From positions 20,584,001 to 20,648,000 of the forward strand of contig OZ024742.1 in NCBI GenBank assembly GCA_964016885.1: a DNA stretch of 64,000 bases, read 5' to 3'. Made by a program: the position numbers and the translations under genes. Numbering within the stretch: position 1 is the first letter of the stretch; each line of letters opens with the position of its first letter. The notes below the pieces were generated by a model. It was not told where the DNA came from. It worked only from the letters and a program-made list of their open reading frames with translations, and did not search any database. This DNA comes from Eledone cirrhosa. Lineage: Eukaryota. Below, piece by piece: positions 12,563 to 25,700 of this stretch.

Positions 12563-13105
12563 TGTCAGGTTGTTCTTCAGTGCTAGAACCTGCGCATGGT
12601 CGGGTCATCGGCGTCTAAACCGCCAACCCCATTAAGCTTACTTGATGAGGAGGGTGTATTTGGACATCCTGTGGGATGAAAAACAAAACTCTTCAAAGGG
12701 TGGAGGACAGGTCAACAGGACAGTCAACTCGGGTCAGTCAACGGCCATCTAATAAAAGTTTTTTGTGTGGAGTAAGAAACTTCTAGTCGTCATTAAGGCA
12801 CCTGTCAAGCAGAAATTCACTCTGATATAAAACCTGCAACATTATTTGCATCCAAAGATATATACCATTTTTTCTTTTAGGGCAAATGCATTCGATGTTC
12901 AGAGAGTGGGATTAGCCCAGTGAAAAGCCTTTCCTCACTTAAAAAAGCTTCAAGTACAGGCATCATTTGATATGTGACATTTTTTGCGATGTATGGTATT
13001 GCTGGTCATTGGCAAGTCCCTAGCAGGACTAAAAAGCTACGCCCGTGATGCTCATACTTAAGTATCAAGCGATGGCATTACTCAAAATCGAGTTGTAGCC
13101 ATCAT
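12563..13105 (+). mobile_element. Diverged copy of the RTE-derived non-autonomous element
   Basis: Shares GAGGAGGGTG..TTTGGACATCCTG, AAAAACAAAAC and CTCTGATATA..ACCTGCAAC with 15396 and 39648. Confidence 0.65.
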
Positions 13106-14708
13106 GTATGTATCTCTTGTAAGTGTATGTGGGATGTTAGTTATACACCAGAAGTTATAAGACTTTCTGAACGAAAGAGCCACCACATAGCATTAAATAT
13201 AGGTATTTGAGGGTCGAAAGAGATGAGAAGTTTCTACACATACATTTGTAACGTATGTTTTAATTCGGGAGATAATCGCTTTATTTCCAGTAAATATTTA
13301 TAAACCTTATAATATTTACTTATTTCTTTTCTACAAGTATGAGAGCAAGAAACGAGGATCTCAGTGAAGATATGTTTAAGAAAACGCCAGTTAAATGGCA
13401 AAGAAACGCTCGTGTTACCATGACAAATATTCATATTACTAATAATGATACAGTTTATTCTGTATTAAATAAATGATTACAGTTGAAAGGAAAAGGGTGA
13501 ATAAAATGCAAGTCTATATATATATATATATACATACAACAGTTAGAATAAATGAAAATGTTGAAAGATAAATAAAGTAGGAATTATTCGGAGTTTCAAT
13601 ATATATACAAAAGTTATCCAGATGGAAACACGAAAAAGAAATAAACAACGGCACAATCAAAGCATATGTTGAAATTCCACACAAAATAAAAACAACAATA
13701 TCCTATATTTTGTTTCCAGGTATTAGGTATTTGTTGAAGCGAAAAGATTTAAGACAGTAGAAATATATGAAGAATTTTAAGTTAGAAAGCTTTGATTTAC
13801 TTGCTTTTTTTTTTTTATTAATATCAATTCAAAATGTTTATAGAAGAAGAAGAGATACGCTAAAACTTAAAAGCAAATATACAACACAAACAACAACAAA
13901 AAATCAATCAACAAAACTAACAAACAAACAAATATTTAAAAAAAAAGAACCCCCCCCCCCTCTCCACTTAATATATCCATCATTGAGCAGAAACGTTTCT
14001 ATTTTTAATATTTTTCTTTAAAAAGTTCATTTTCGTTTAATGGAAGAACCAACAACTTGTATCATGTTGTAGATTAGATCAAACAGATTTAAATTTGTAA
14101 ATTATTTCGCATGTACTATACAGTGGTTTTAAATTTGAGAAATATTTTAGAGTTAAACGAGAAAAAAATTTGATATAAATGCAAAGATCAAACACCATAA
14201 ACAAACCATAAACATATTTTTGTATATTTAAAAAAAATGTTTTTTTATAGTAAATGAATTCTGCGTTGGTTGTATCGGAGACTACATAAATTGTAGTTTC
14301 ACTAAATAACAACTATGAAAAGATGGACTTTGAAATCTTAACTTGAATCATTGAGTTTGTTTTTATGTTTTCTTTTGAAATCAAATTATTCGACGATCTA
14401 ATTACCTGTTGGGCAACTGTAATGATTTCTTATGTGGATGGTAGGACATAGATTTATTGATTTAGTAAAGATGTCTGATTTACAGAAAAGAACCCCCTTG
14501 TGCTCCAAGACCACCTGCCTTCATATCGGAAGAATTTACAGAACATAACCAAGAATATAAACACACACACACACCACAGACATACAGAGACATACACACA
14601 CACATATACACACATTCGCTAGTACACACAGTGAAAGATACACTCAACTCACACCGAAACATACACACATCTATTAGCACAAATGGTTGTTACTTGAGAC
14701 AAGACATA

Positions 14709-14789
<81 letters not shown>

Positions 14790-15395
14790 GCTAGTACATA
14801 CACTGACAGATACACTCACACCAAAACATACACACATACATCCTGACACATAGCACACATGGCTGTTACTTGAGACACTCGAAAGAGAACAGCCCTCTTT
14901 AAACTTATTCTAAAGAGACATGTTTACTAAATTTAGAGATATATTAAGTTGTGAGATAAAATACCTAAGTAGACATTAAATGTATATCTGTATTTCAGGA
15001 ATATCCACTATCATATGTAACATAATGTTAGACATATATATATATCTTGTATGTATGTATGTATGTATGTATGTATGTATGTATGTATGTATGTATATTT
15101 GTATGTTTGTATGTATGTATTTTTATATGTATGTATGTTTGTATGTATGTATGCATTTTTGTATGTATGTATGTATGCATGTATGTATTTTTGTATGTAC
15201 GTATGTATGTATTTCTGTATGCATGTATATATGTATTTATGTATGTATGCATGTGTGTATATATATATTTTTGTATGTATGTGTTTATAAATGTATGTAT
15301 TTATGTAAGCATGTATGTATATATGTATTTATGTGTGCATATGTATTACATACGTATATATATGTATATATTTATGTATGTATGTATGTATATTA

Positions 15396-16006
15396 TGTCA
15401 GGTCACCAGTTGGTGCTACTGGTAACATGTATCCCAGTACAACCTGTCTCATAGTCGGGTCGTTGGCGACTAAACTGGCAAACCCACCAAGGTTTCTTGG
15501 TGAGGAGGGTGACTTTGGACATCCTGCAGGACTAAAAACAAAACCTGTCAAAGGGCAAAGGAGCTCTTAAGAATCAATGGCCATCCAAAATCACCGGGAG
15601 AGATGACTCCGTAGCCTTTGTCAAGGCAGAATTCTAGGAGAAGGAAAACTCTGATATAACACCTGCAACCCTGATGGTATCCAATGATGTTGACTTGTTC
15701 TTCTTTTTGGTAACTATCATCTTGGTTAAGAGAGTGGGACTGGCTTTGTGCAGTGCCTTTGCTCACTATAAAAGCTTCACGGCACAGGCATTGCTTTATA
15801 TCTGGAGATCTCTCTGCACTTGTCGTTACATGATACCATGGGCCCAGCACTATGTGTCAATAATTGTCACAAGTGTAGTGTTTGTGCCAGAATTTTTAAG
15901 TCGCTGGCTGGACTAAAAAGTCACACTCGTTCAGCGCATCGGTAGGGGTTCTCCTACATGGATATAAAGTAGTGGCCGTACTCGAAAACGAGTTGGCAGC
16001 CACCAT
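15396..16006 (+). mobile_element. RTE-derived non-autonomous element flanked by (ATGT)n
   Basis: Highly similar to 39648-40256; 3' part encodes a CxxC...GLKSHxR RTE-type C-terminus. Confidence 0.7.
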
Positions 16007-16189
16007 GTATGTATACGCATGTATGTATGTATGTATGTATGTATGTATGTATGTATGTATGTATGTATGTATTTCTCTTTCCACTCCCGACCCACCCCCT
16101 AAACAGTGACATACACGCATGTATACATATATGTGTGTGTGTTTGAGAGTAATTATGTATGTACATATACTTACACAAGGAGGCACGTG

Positions 16190-16480
16190 TATTAGAGGTT
16201 AATGTATTCAGCTCACGATCGCAAAATCGTGAGTTTGACTCTCTGAGGCACTTGGGTCCTCGAACAAGATATATTTCCCGTTGCTTCAGTCTACTCAGGT
16301 GGTAACATTCAGTTATATCTATAGTTCAAACGCTAAACTCGTTACATTCTGTGTCCTGCTGAATCACCTTGGGTTAAGGTTAAGAGAACGTCTGGTTGTG
16401 GAATGCTCAGCCACTCGCTCATTAATTTCTTGAGTAGGCTGATCAATTGATCGTATCAACCGGAAAATACTCGCCTTAAC
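16190..16480 (+). mobile_element. Decayed tRNA-derived SINE (second family; related head at 39142)
   Basis: B-box-like GTGAGTTTGACTC, then GTCCTCGAACAAGATAT...GTTGCT, paralleling 39183-39250. Confidence 0.55.
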
Positions 16481-16899
16481 CAACGGAGTACCAGATGTTT
16501 ATATACATACATGAAATATACATACATACATACATACACATACACACACACACACACATACACACACACACATATATATATATTTTTTTTTTGAGGGGTT
16601 GTTTTGATGATAACACCCCAGTGATCAAATTTGCTCCGGACATAACAACCGTATCTGAAAGAACCCGCAACAGTAGAATCAGCCAGATCCATACAAGGAC
16701 CATGACTCGAGCTACATGACGGCGAAACATTTGTAACATTTGTGAATTCACATGACCTCTACCGACCAATCAAAATTGTTTTGACCACAAGCATTTTTGC
16801 AACACAAAAATAACGCTGGAGCCACTTTTTTAACATAAAAACAGGTAGAATTCCCAAAACTAATCAGATCAGAGAAAACAGCACGGACACTCTATCTCA

Positions 16900-17060
16900 A
16901 AATTATTTTTGAAAAGCATTTAGAAATGCGCAACCGGTAAAAACTTAAAAACTTAAAACCACAACTGAATACTAACCCATACAATCACTAATACTCTTTT
17001 ATTCCTAATTAAACCATTTTTCAACTGTGAACAATTTTTCAGCATTTTCTATTCCGTTTA

Positions 17061-17131
<71 letters not shown>

Positions 17132-17325
17132 CGAAGGAAATGTGGTAAGGAACCAGGTGGACCATAACGCACCAAAGTACTCAATACTTAGGGTAGTAGA
17201 GTGGGTAATAGGAACAAGTAAGACCCCGACGGCTGAGCTCAAGCCGTTTCGACGGCTAATTCTGGACGGTCCAGAATTAGCCGTCGAAACGGCTTGAGCT
17301 CAGCCTAGGGATCTTACTTGTTCCT
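16900..17325. mobile_element. PLE family-B 3' fragment with short fold-back (centre ~17268)
   Basis: Matches 43040-43400 in reverse, including the internal (TA)n. Confidence 0.75.
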
Positions 17326-17447
17326 ATATATATATATATATATATTTATTAAAATAACAGATTAAAGTTTAAGCAATATATACATATATATATATATAAG
17401 GAAAAATATATGTATATAAGGAAAAAGATGAAATCGAAAACACACAA

Positions 17448-17480
<33 letters not shown>

Positions 17481-17977
17481 GTGACGAAACATAAGTCAAT
17501 TGCATGAACTCATAATCCATTATTTACTGCTATATATATATTTATTAAAATAACAGATTAAAGTTTAAGCAATATATACATATATATATATGGAAAAAAG
17601 ATGAAATCGAAAATGAAATCTGATGCGAGAAAAACCACAAACCCTCCATCTCAATTCTACTTTTGAAAAGCACAAGAACTGCGAAACCGGTAAAGAAACC
17701 AAATAAATATTCTTAAAAAGACTCCAGTTGGATTTTCGATTCATCTTTTTTCCTTATACTTTCACTCGTGTAGGACTTTTCGTTTTTTTTCATAGGACGA
17801 TTTGTTATGACTTCATTATGTTTACTGAGTAATGAAGACATAACAAATCGTCCTTTTATTATTATATTTACACTCTGCTTAGTTCTACACTTCTTTACAG
17901 ACTGGAAACTATGCATCGAGTGCTCACTTGAGTGAACCTACAGTAACTGCATGTTACACACACACAGACACACTCTC

Positions 17978-18048
<71 letters not shown>

Positions 18049-18551
18049 ATATACATTAATATAACTATTAATAAATGTTATTTGTGCATTATGATACATA
18101 AAAAAAAAGTAAACCGTAACTAAGCACTCAGCAAAAACATACCAACACCCACACATACACACATATATATATATATGGACATACACACCATAAAATGTAT
18201 TCAATTATATCCATATATAAATATATCAGTCAATGTGGCCAAGTTACTATTAGCGAGTGTGAGCTGTGAGATATAATATACTCTTGGGTTTCAAAAAAAA
18301 AAAAAAAAAAAAAAATAATCAATGACATCTATTCACATTTCAGATAAATAATCGATAGATTTGGCAATAAAAAAACATATACTTTCACTCTCTTCGTTTC
18401 ACACACACAAACACGCACTGAGACAAATACACACACACACACACACACACACACTGACACATCCACATACACATCTATAAATACACATCTACATACACGC
18501 ATATATATATTTATATAAGTACACATATACATAAATACATACATACACACA

Positions 18552-18635
<84 letters not shown>

Positions 18636-18669
18636 TATTTATATATTATATATATGTATATATATATAC

Positions 18670-18760
<91 letters not shown>

Positions 18761-20549
18761 CTATTAGGAGCGAGAGAAATGACAAAATAATACTGAGAAG
18801 ACAAGTTGAAATACGTATAGATGGTGTTTTCACAGAGATTGGACAAAAAACCCAAATATTCCTTCAATGAAATAACAATGCTTTTACTGGTAGTTTTTCA
18901 GAAAAGAGCAGATAATACAAAAATAAACTAAAATAGTAAGAATAAAGATCCGCATTAACGATATAGGTAACCAAATGATGGAAGCATTGCGAGAGAAACA
19001 TCGTAAATATAAATATTGAGTATCGTTTCTTAAACTAATGGTGTTACAATAGCTTTTAAATGTAATATGGGTTTGAAAAGACATTTGGTAACTCCTGATA
19101 GAATAATGCCTTAGATAATGGGAATAAAACTGGCACTACAATGGGAGAAATATTTTTAGCATACCTCCCCCCCAAAAAATGTTTCTAGTTATTTATCGAT
19201 AACCTGTGTGAAAAAATGCAGCTAGAAAATTAGGTTTTTATTTCGGGTTTCTGATAGTTTCAGCTGTCCGAGTCTATTAGTTGGCCAAGTAATGACCAAG
19301 TGGTCGTGCATTCGCTCCCTATAAGACACTCTGCAGTGTATTAATTAAGGGCCAGTGCATATCACTTAGTTCCTCATACCAGGAGAAGATGTATGTCACT
19401 GAGGTAAGAAGCAGAATTGGGTGTACTGAATAATTTCGGTACTGTCATTTCCATGTCTAGAGCTCGTGTTAATAAAAGCACTATTAGTTAGTATCTTCAT
19501 GAAGTGAGAACTCTAAACACCTGGAACAGATACAAAACTTATTGACGACATCAATGTCGTTAACCTACTGTTCCTGCATTGGTACATTAATCATTCTTAC
19601 CGAAAGAAGAAAAATCGAAGTTGACCTCTGCTCGATTGGAACATAGATGCAAAGAGCCGAAACAAGTATCTTAAATGCTGAATCAAACGCTCTCATGATC
19701 CTGCCAATAATAATATGTCAGAGAATAGAATAGAATTAATAAAAGGAATTAAAAATCCCCATAGTGATTGAAAGTGGAGACGGCTTCAGTGAACCTTGAA
19801 ACTGAAGCATAAAGAAACGAAACTAGAGGTAATTAAACCACGAACAGCGCCCTAAAGTTGATACATGTGTCATTGTTGGACTTCCGTCGGTTGCAACGAT
19901 GTGTGTTCCAGTTGTGTGATCCACGACGTTACTTGCTTTTGGAATTAACGCACAAATCGCTGAGATTTTTAAAGACACTTGTACGTTTAAGGTAATTCTC
20001 AGGGAGAATTTAGTGTAACACAGTGTAGGAAAAAGCTATTTTAATGCCAAGTATAACACATATTTCCCAAGTGAGTGGACGGGAGCAACGGGGAAACAAT
20101 GTGCCTTGCTCAAAGACATAAATCACCACCGAGAGACGTTCTCACTTCTTTACTATCGTAAGATGAAGATCCTAACTACTAAATATGTCCCTTTCACAAA
20201 GTTGCTAAATTTTGTCAGGTCTTACACCAGAAACGATATCAGATCAAAGAACAGTGTTTGCAAAAGGAATATTTTAGAAACTATATGAGATGAGATAACT
20301 CAGGCATGCACATCGCTTAGGACAATATGGAAAATGGACAGTTTAATATCGTCCACAGGAAATAGAATACGTGATAATTACATTGATTTATGGCAATAAA
20401 ATATCAATAAAGAATTGAAAAACAAATCATGAAAGTTCAGGTCAGAATCTTTGCTACTCTCACAATCTACTTATTTAGCCATCTAACTTATCTCATCAGT
20501 AATATTTGTCTAAATTATTCCTTCTCTCAAACTATAATATATATATATA

Positions 20550-20740
20550 GTAATTGTTTCTGCTTTTGGCACAAGGCCAGCAATTACCCTGTGTATTACT
20601 GGTACTTTATTTTATCGACCCCGTAAGGATGAAAGGCATAGTTAACCTCGGCGGGATTTGAACTCAGAATGGCAAGGACCGTAACTCCATGCGTCAAAGC
20701 ATGGCATCCGACCCTCTACCGATACAGCCAATCCACCGCC

Positions 20741-20742
<2 letters not shown>
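20550..20742 (-). mobile_element. tRNA-derived SINE, near full length
   Basis: GGCGGTGGATTGGCTGTATCGGTAGAG...GAGTTCAAATCCCGCCGAGG on the minus strand. Confidence 0.85.
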
Positions 20743-20791
<49 letters not shown>

Positions 20792-20879
20792 AGGTGAGTT
20801 TTATTGTAGTACAATAAAGCAATGCAGATATCGGATAAGAAGCACTCTACAGTTTGTAGGACTGGAGTATATATAATAT

Positions 20880-21981
20880 ACTTGAACAGCTCTCTATCTA
20901 AAATCTGCAATCTCTGCCTAAATGAAAAAGTTACCATTATCTCTAATCTAGATTCTATAATAAATAGACGAACTGACTTGTTTTCTATCTGCTTGCATAA
21001 ATTCCATAAAACATTTCACAAAGTATACATCTAATATTCAATTCTTTATCAATTTAGAATCTTTTTCTCAAAGGCACATATAGATACACCTCTTTTAAAA
21101 TATACCCATCTTCCTACCTTATTTCAACGGGTATTATACACTCTATAATACTTGTTTACTCATTACCCTTACTCTATTTTCACCTTGTAAAATCCTTCGT
21201 AAACATATACATTTGTTTTGACGCCAGATTATTCATCCTTAATTCATTATTTTTTTCTCCCTATCATCTAACTCATTCTCAATACATATTAACTTTTTCT
21301 TCGCACATATTATCAATTCCTTCAATATACAAACCTTAACTTCACATTATTTTTCTCAAATCCTTCAATATACAAACCTTAACTTTACATTTTTTTTCTC
21401 TTCGTTAATTTTCAAATTTCCATAATACTTGTAAACATACACACTTTTTTGACGTTAGAATATTCATCCGCAATTCATTATTCTCTTCTCTCTATCATCA
21501 AACTCATTATTCTCAATACATATTAACTCCCCCTCCTTCTTCACACATATTTTTCCCTTCGTTAATTTTCAAATTCTTTTAATTTATACATTATCTTCCA
21601 ACGGTTTTCAACCTCTCTATGTAAAACAATATATCTTTCTCAGTTATAAAAACTATCTCTCTCTCTCTATCACCCATCTCTCCTCCTATCTCATCCTTCT
21701 TCATTATATTCCTCCCTCTCCACCTTCACTCTCATCTCCTCCTCTTTTTTTCATCCTTTCCACCCCCCTCTAAATAAAATATTTTTCCCAATATCACACA
21801 TCAATCTAAAACTACTTCTCATATGTTGATTTAAAACTGCACTATCCACAAGTGTTTTTTAGCCTTCATATCATGTCCTCCTGTTTTATCTGATGAAAAC
21901 ACAAATATTATTGCATGATGATGTTTGTTTTTGAAATGCACATAATAAAATACATGGAACTCCTTTAGCCATCTTTTTGTT

Positions 21982-21990
<9 letters not shown>
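20880..21990 (+). mobile_element. PLE 3' end: endonuclease C-terminus, pyrimidine-rich 3' UTR and HHR; ends at (TA)n
   Basis: ICNLCLNEK...INRRTDLFSICLH (to stop 21034) aligns with the C-termini of the other PLE ORFs in the window. Confidence 0.8.
21884..21950 (+). ncRNA. Type I hammerhead motif
   Basis: TTTTAT-CTGATGA-[AAAC...GTTTT]-GAAA-T-GCAC-ATA-ATAAAA; 6-bp helix I; AUA triplet. Confidence 0.7.
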
Positions 21991-22030
<40 letters not shown>

Positions 22031-22202
22031 ATAATAATAAATTTGAAGACTATAATCCAAAGAGGGCTCGATAAGGATAAATATGTATCAAATATATAAG
22101 AACCGTAGAGCAAATATTTATTAAAGTAACAGATTAAAGTTTAAGCAAAGAATCGCTGCTTTCACCATTAACGCGATTCTTTGCTTAAACATTAATCTGT
22201 TA

Positions 22203-22275
<73 letters not shown>

Positions 22276-22289
22276 CGTTTCTGAATTTG

Positions 22290-22518
<229 letters not shown>

Positions 22519-22558
22519 TATAAAATAAATGGAAATTATATTTATAAAACCATAATTA

Positions 22559-22620
22559 TTTTGTTATATATATTTCAAGGGCAGCCAAGGTAAATTATGG
22601 TGCGCTTTCATCAGATAAAA
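22559..22620 (-). ncRNA. Type I hammerhead motif related to 21884
   Basis: TTTTAT-CTGATGA-AAG.GCA.CCA...TGG.TGC.CTT-GAAA-T-ATAT-ATA-ACAAAA; one mismatch in helix I. Confidence 0.65.
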
Positions 22621-22795
22621 TACAGATTTGTTTTATAAATAAATATTGACATACCCGGAAAAAGACAACCTCAACGGTTGAAATTCGCTGGATAGTGGAG
22701 ATAATTGAGGGTGATAAAAATTAGTGAGTGAGTATGTAAATGAGTGTCGGAAAAATTGAAAAAACAACGGTTTATTTAAATTAAACTGTTGGAAT

Positions 22796-25700
22796 AAGAT
22801 AGATGTAAAAGGGAGAGAGACAAGATAGATGTAAAAGGGAGAGAGACAAGATAGATGTAAAAGGGAGAGAGACAAGATAGATGTAAAAGGGAGAGAGACA
22901 AGATAGATGTAAAAGGGAGAGAGACAACATAGCTGTAAAAGGGAGAGAGACAAGATAGCTGCAAAAGGGAGAGAGACAAGATAGATGTAAAAGGGAGACA
23001 GACAAGATAGATGTAAAAGGGAGAGAGACAAGATAGATGTAAAAGGGAGAGAGACAAGATAAATGTAATAGGGAGAGAGACAAGATATATTTAAAAGGGA
23101 GAGAGACAACATAGCTGTTAAAGGGAGAGAGACAAGATAGATGTAAAAGGGAGAGAGACAAGATAGATGTAAAAGGGAGAGAGACAAGATGGAGGTAAAA
23201 GGGAGAGAGACAAGATATATGTAAAAGGGAGAGACAAGATAGATGTAAAAGGGAGAGAGACACGATAGATGTAAAAGGGTGAGAGACAAGATAGATGTAA
23301 AAGGGAGAGAGACAAGATATATGTAAAAGGGAGAGAGACAAGATAGATGTAAAAGGGAGAGAGACAAGATAGATTTAAATTGGAGAGAGACAAGATATAT
23401 GTAAAAGGGAGAGAGACAAAATAGATGTAAAAGGGAGAGAGACAAGATAGATGTAAAAGGGAGAGAGACAAGATAGATGTAAAAGAGAGAGAGACAAGAT
23501 AGATGTAAAAGGGAGAGAAACAAGATAGATGTAAAAGGGAGAGAGACAAGATATATGTAAAAGGGAGAGAGACAAGATAGATGTAAAAGGGAGAGAGACA
23601 AGATAGATGTAAAAGGGAGAGAGACAAGATAGATGTAAAAGGGAGAGAGACAAGATAGATGTAAAAGGGAGTGAGACAAGATAGATGTAAACGGGAGAGA
23701 GACAAAATAGATGTAAAAGGGAGAGAGACAAGATAGATGATAAAGGGAGAGAGACAAGATAGATGTAAAAGGGAGAGAGACAAGATAGATGTAAAAGGGA
23801 GAGAGACAAGATAGATGTAAAAGGGAGAGACAAGATAGATGTAAAAGGGAGAGAGACGAGATAGATGTAAAAAGGAAAGAGACAAGATAGATGTAAAAGG
23901 GAGAGAGACAAGATAGATGTAAAAGGGAGAGAGACAAGATACATGTAAAAGGGAGAGAGACAAGATAGATGTAAAAGGGAGAGAGACAAGATAGATGTAA
24001 AAGGGAGAGAGACAAGATAGATGTAAAAGGGAGAGAGACAAGATAGATGTAAAAGGGTGAGACAAAATAGATGTAAAAGGGAGAGTGACAAGATAGATGT
24101 AAAAGAGAGAGAGACAAGATATATGTAAAAGAGAGAGAGAGACAATATAGATGATAAAGGGAGAGAGACAAGATAGATGTAAAAGGGAGAGAGACAAGAT
24201 AGATGTAAAAGGGAGAGAGACAAGATAGATGTAAAAGGGTGAGACAAAATAAATGTAAAAGGGAGAGAGACAAGATAGCTGCAAAAGGGAGAGACAAGAT
24301 AGATGTAAAAGGGAGAGAGACAAGATATATGTAAAAGGGAGAGAGACAAGATAGATGTAAAAGGGAGAGAGACAAGATAGATGATAAAGGGAGAGAGACA
24401 AGATAGATGTAAAAGGGAGAGAGACAAGATAGATGTAAAAGGGAGAGAGACAAGATATATGTAAAAGGGAGAGAGACAAGATAGATGTAAAAGGGAGAGA
24501 GACAAGATAGATTTAAATTGGAGAGAGACAAAATAGATGTAAAAGGGAGAGAGACAAGATAGATGTAAAAGGGAGAGAGACAAGTTAGATGTAAAAGGGA
24601 GAGAGACAAGATAGATGTAAAAGGGAGAGACAAGATAGATGTAAAAGGGAGAGAGACGAGATAGATGTAAAAGAGAGAGAGACAAGATAGATGTAAAAGG
24701 GAGAGAGACAAGATAGCTGTAAAAGGGAGAGAGACAAGTTAGATGTAAAAGGGAGAGAGACAAGATAGATGTAAAATGGAGAGAGACAAGATAGATGTAA
24801 AAGGGAGAGAGACAAGATAGATGTTAAAGGGAGAGAGACAAGATAGATGTAAAAGGGAGAGAGACAAGATAGATGTAAAATAGAGAGAGACAAGATAGAT
24901 GATAAAGGGAGAGAGACAAGATAGATGTAAAAGGGAGAGAGACAAGATAGATGTAAAAGGGAGAGAGACAAGTTAGATGTAAAAGGGAGAGAGACAAGAT
25001 AGATGTAAAAGGGAGAGACAAAATAGATGTAAAAGGTAGAGAGACAAGATGGATGTAAAAGGGAGAGAGCCAAAATAGATGTAAAAGGGAGAGAGACAAG
25101 ATAGATGTAAAAGGGAGAGAGACAAGATAGATGTAAAAGGGAGAGAGACAAGATAGATGTAAAAGGGAGAGAGACAAGATAGATGTAAAAGGGAGAGAGA
25201 CAAAATAGATGTAAAAGGGAGAGAAACAAGATAGATGTAAAAGGGAGAGAGACAAGATAGATGTAAAAGGGAGAGACAAGTTAGATGTAAAAGGGAGAGA
25301 GAGACAAGATAGATGTAAAAGGGAGAGAGACAAGATAGATGTAAAAGGGTGAGACAAAATAGATGTAAAAGGGAGAGAGACAAGATAGATGTAAAAGGGA
25401 GAGAGACAAGATAGATGTAAACGGGAGAGAGACAAGATATATGTAAAAGAGAGAGAGACAAGATAGATGTAAAAGGGAGAGACAAGATAGATGTAAAAGG
25501 GAGAGAGACAAGATAGATGTAAAAGAGAGAGAGACAAGATAGATGTAAAAGGGAGAGAGACAAAATAGATGTAAAAGGGAGAGAAACAAGATAGATGTAA
25601 AAGGGAGAGAGACAAGATAGATGTAAAAGGGAGAGACAAGTTAGATGTAAAAGGGAGAGAGAGACAAGATAGATGTAAAAGGGAGAGAGACAAGATAGAT

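Noticed and set aside
16660-16740. CTGAAAGA...GAAACATTTGTA hammerhead-like words
   Set aside because: Core spacing is wrong and helices I and II are not convincing.
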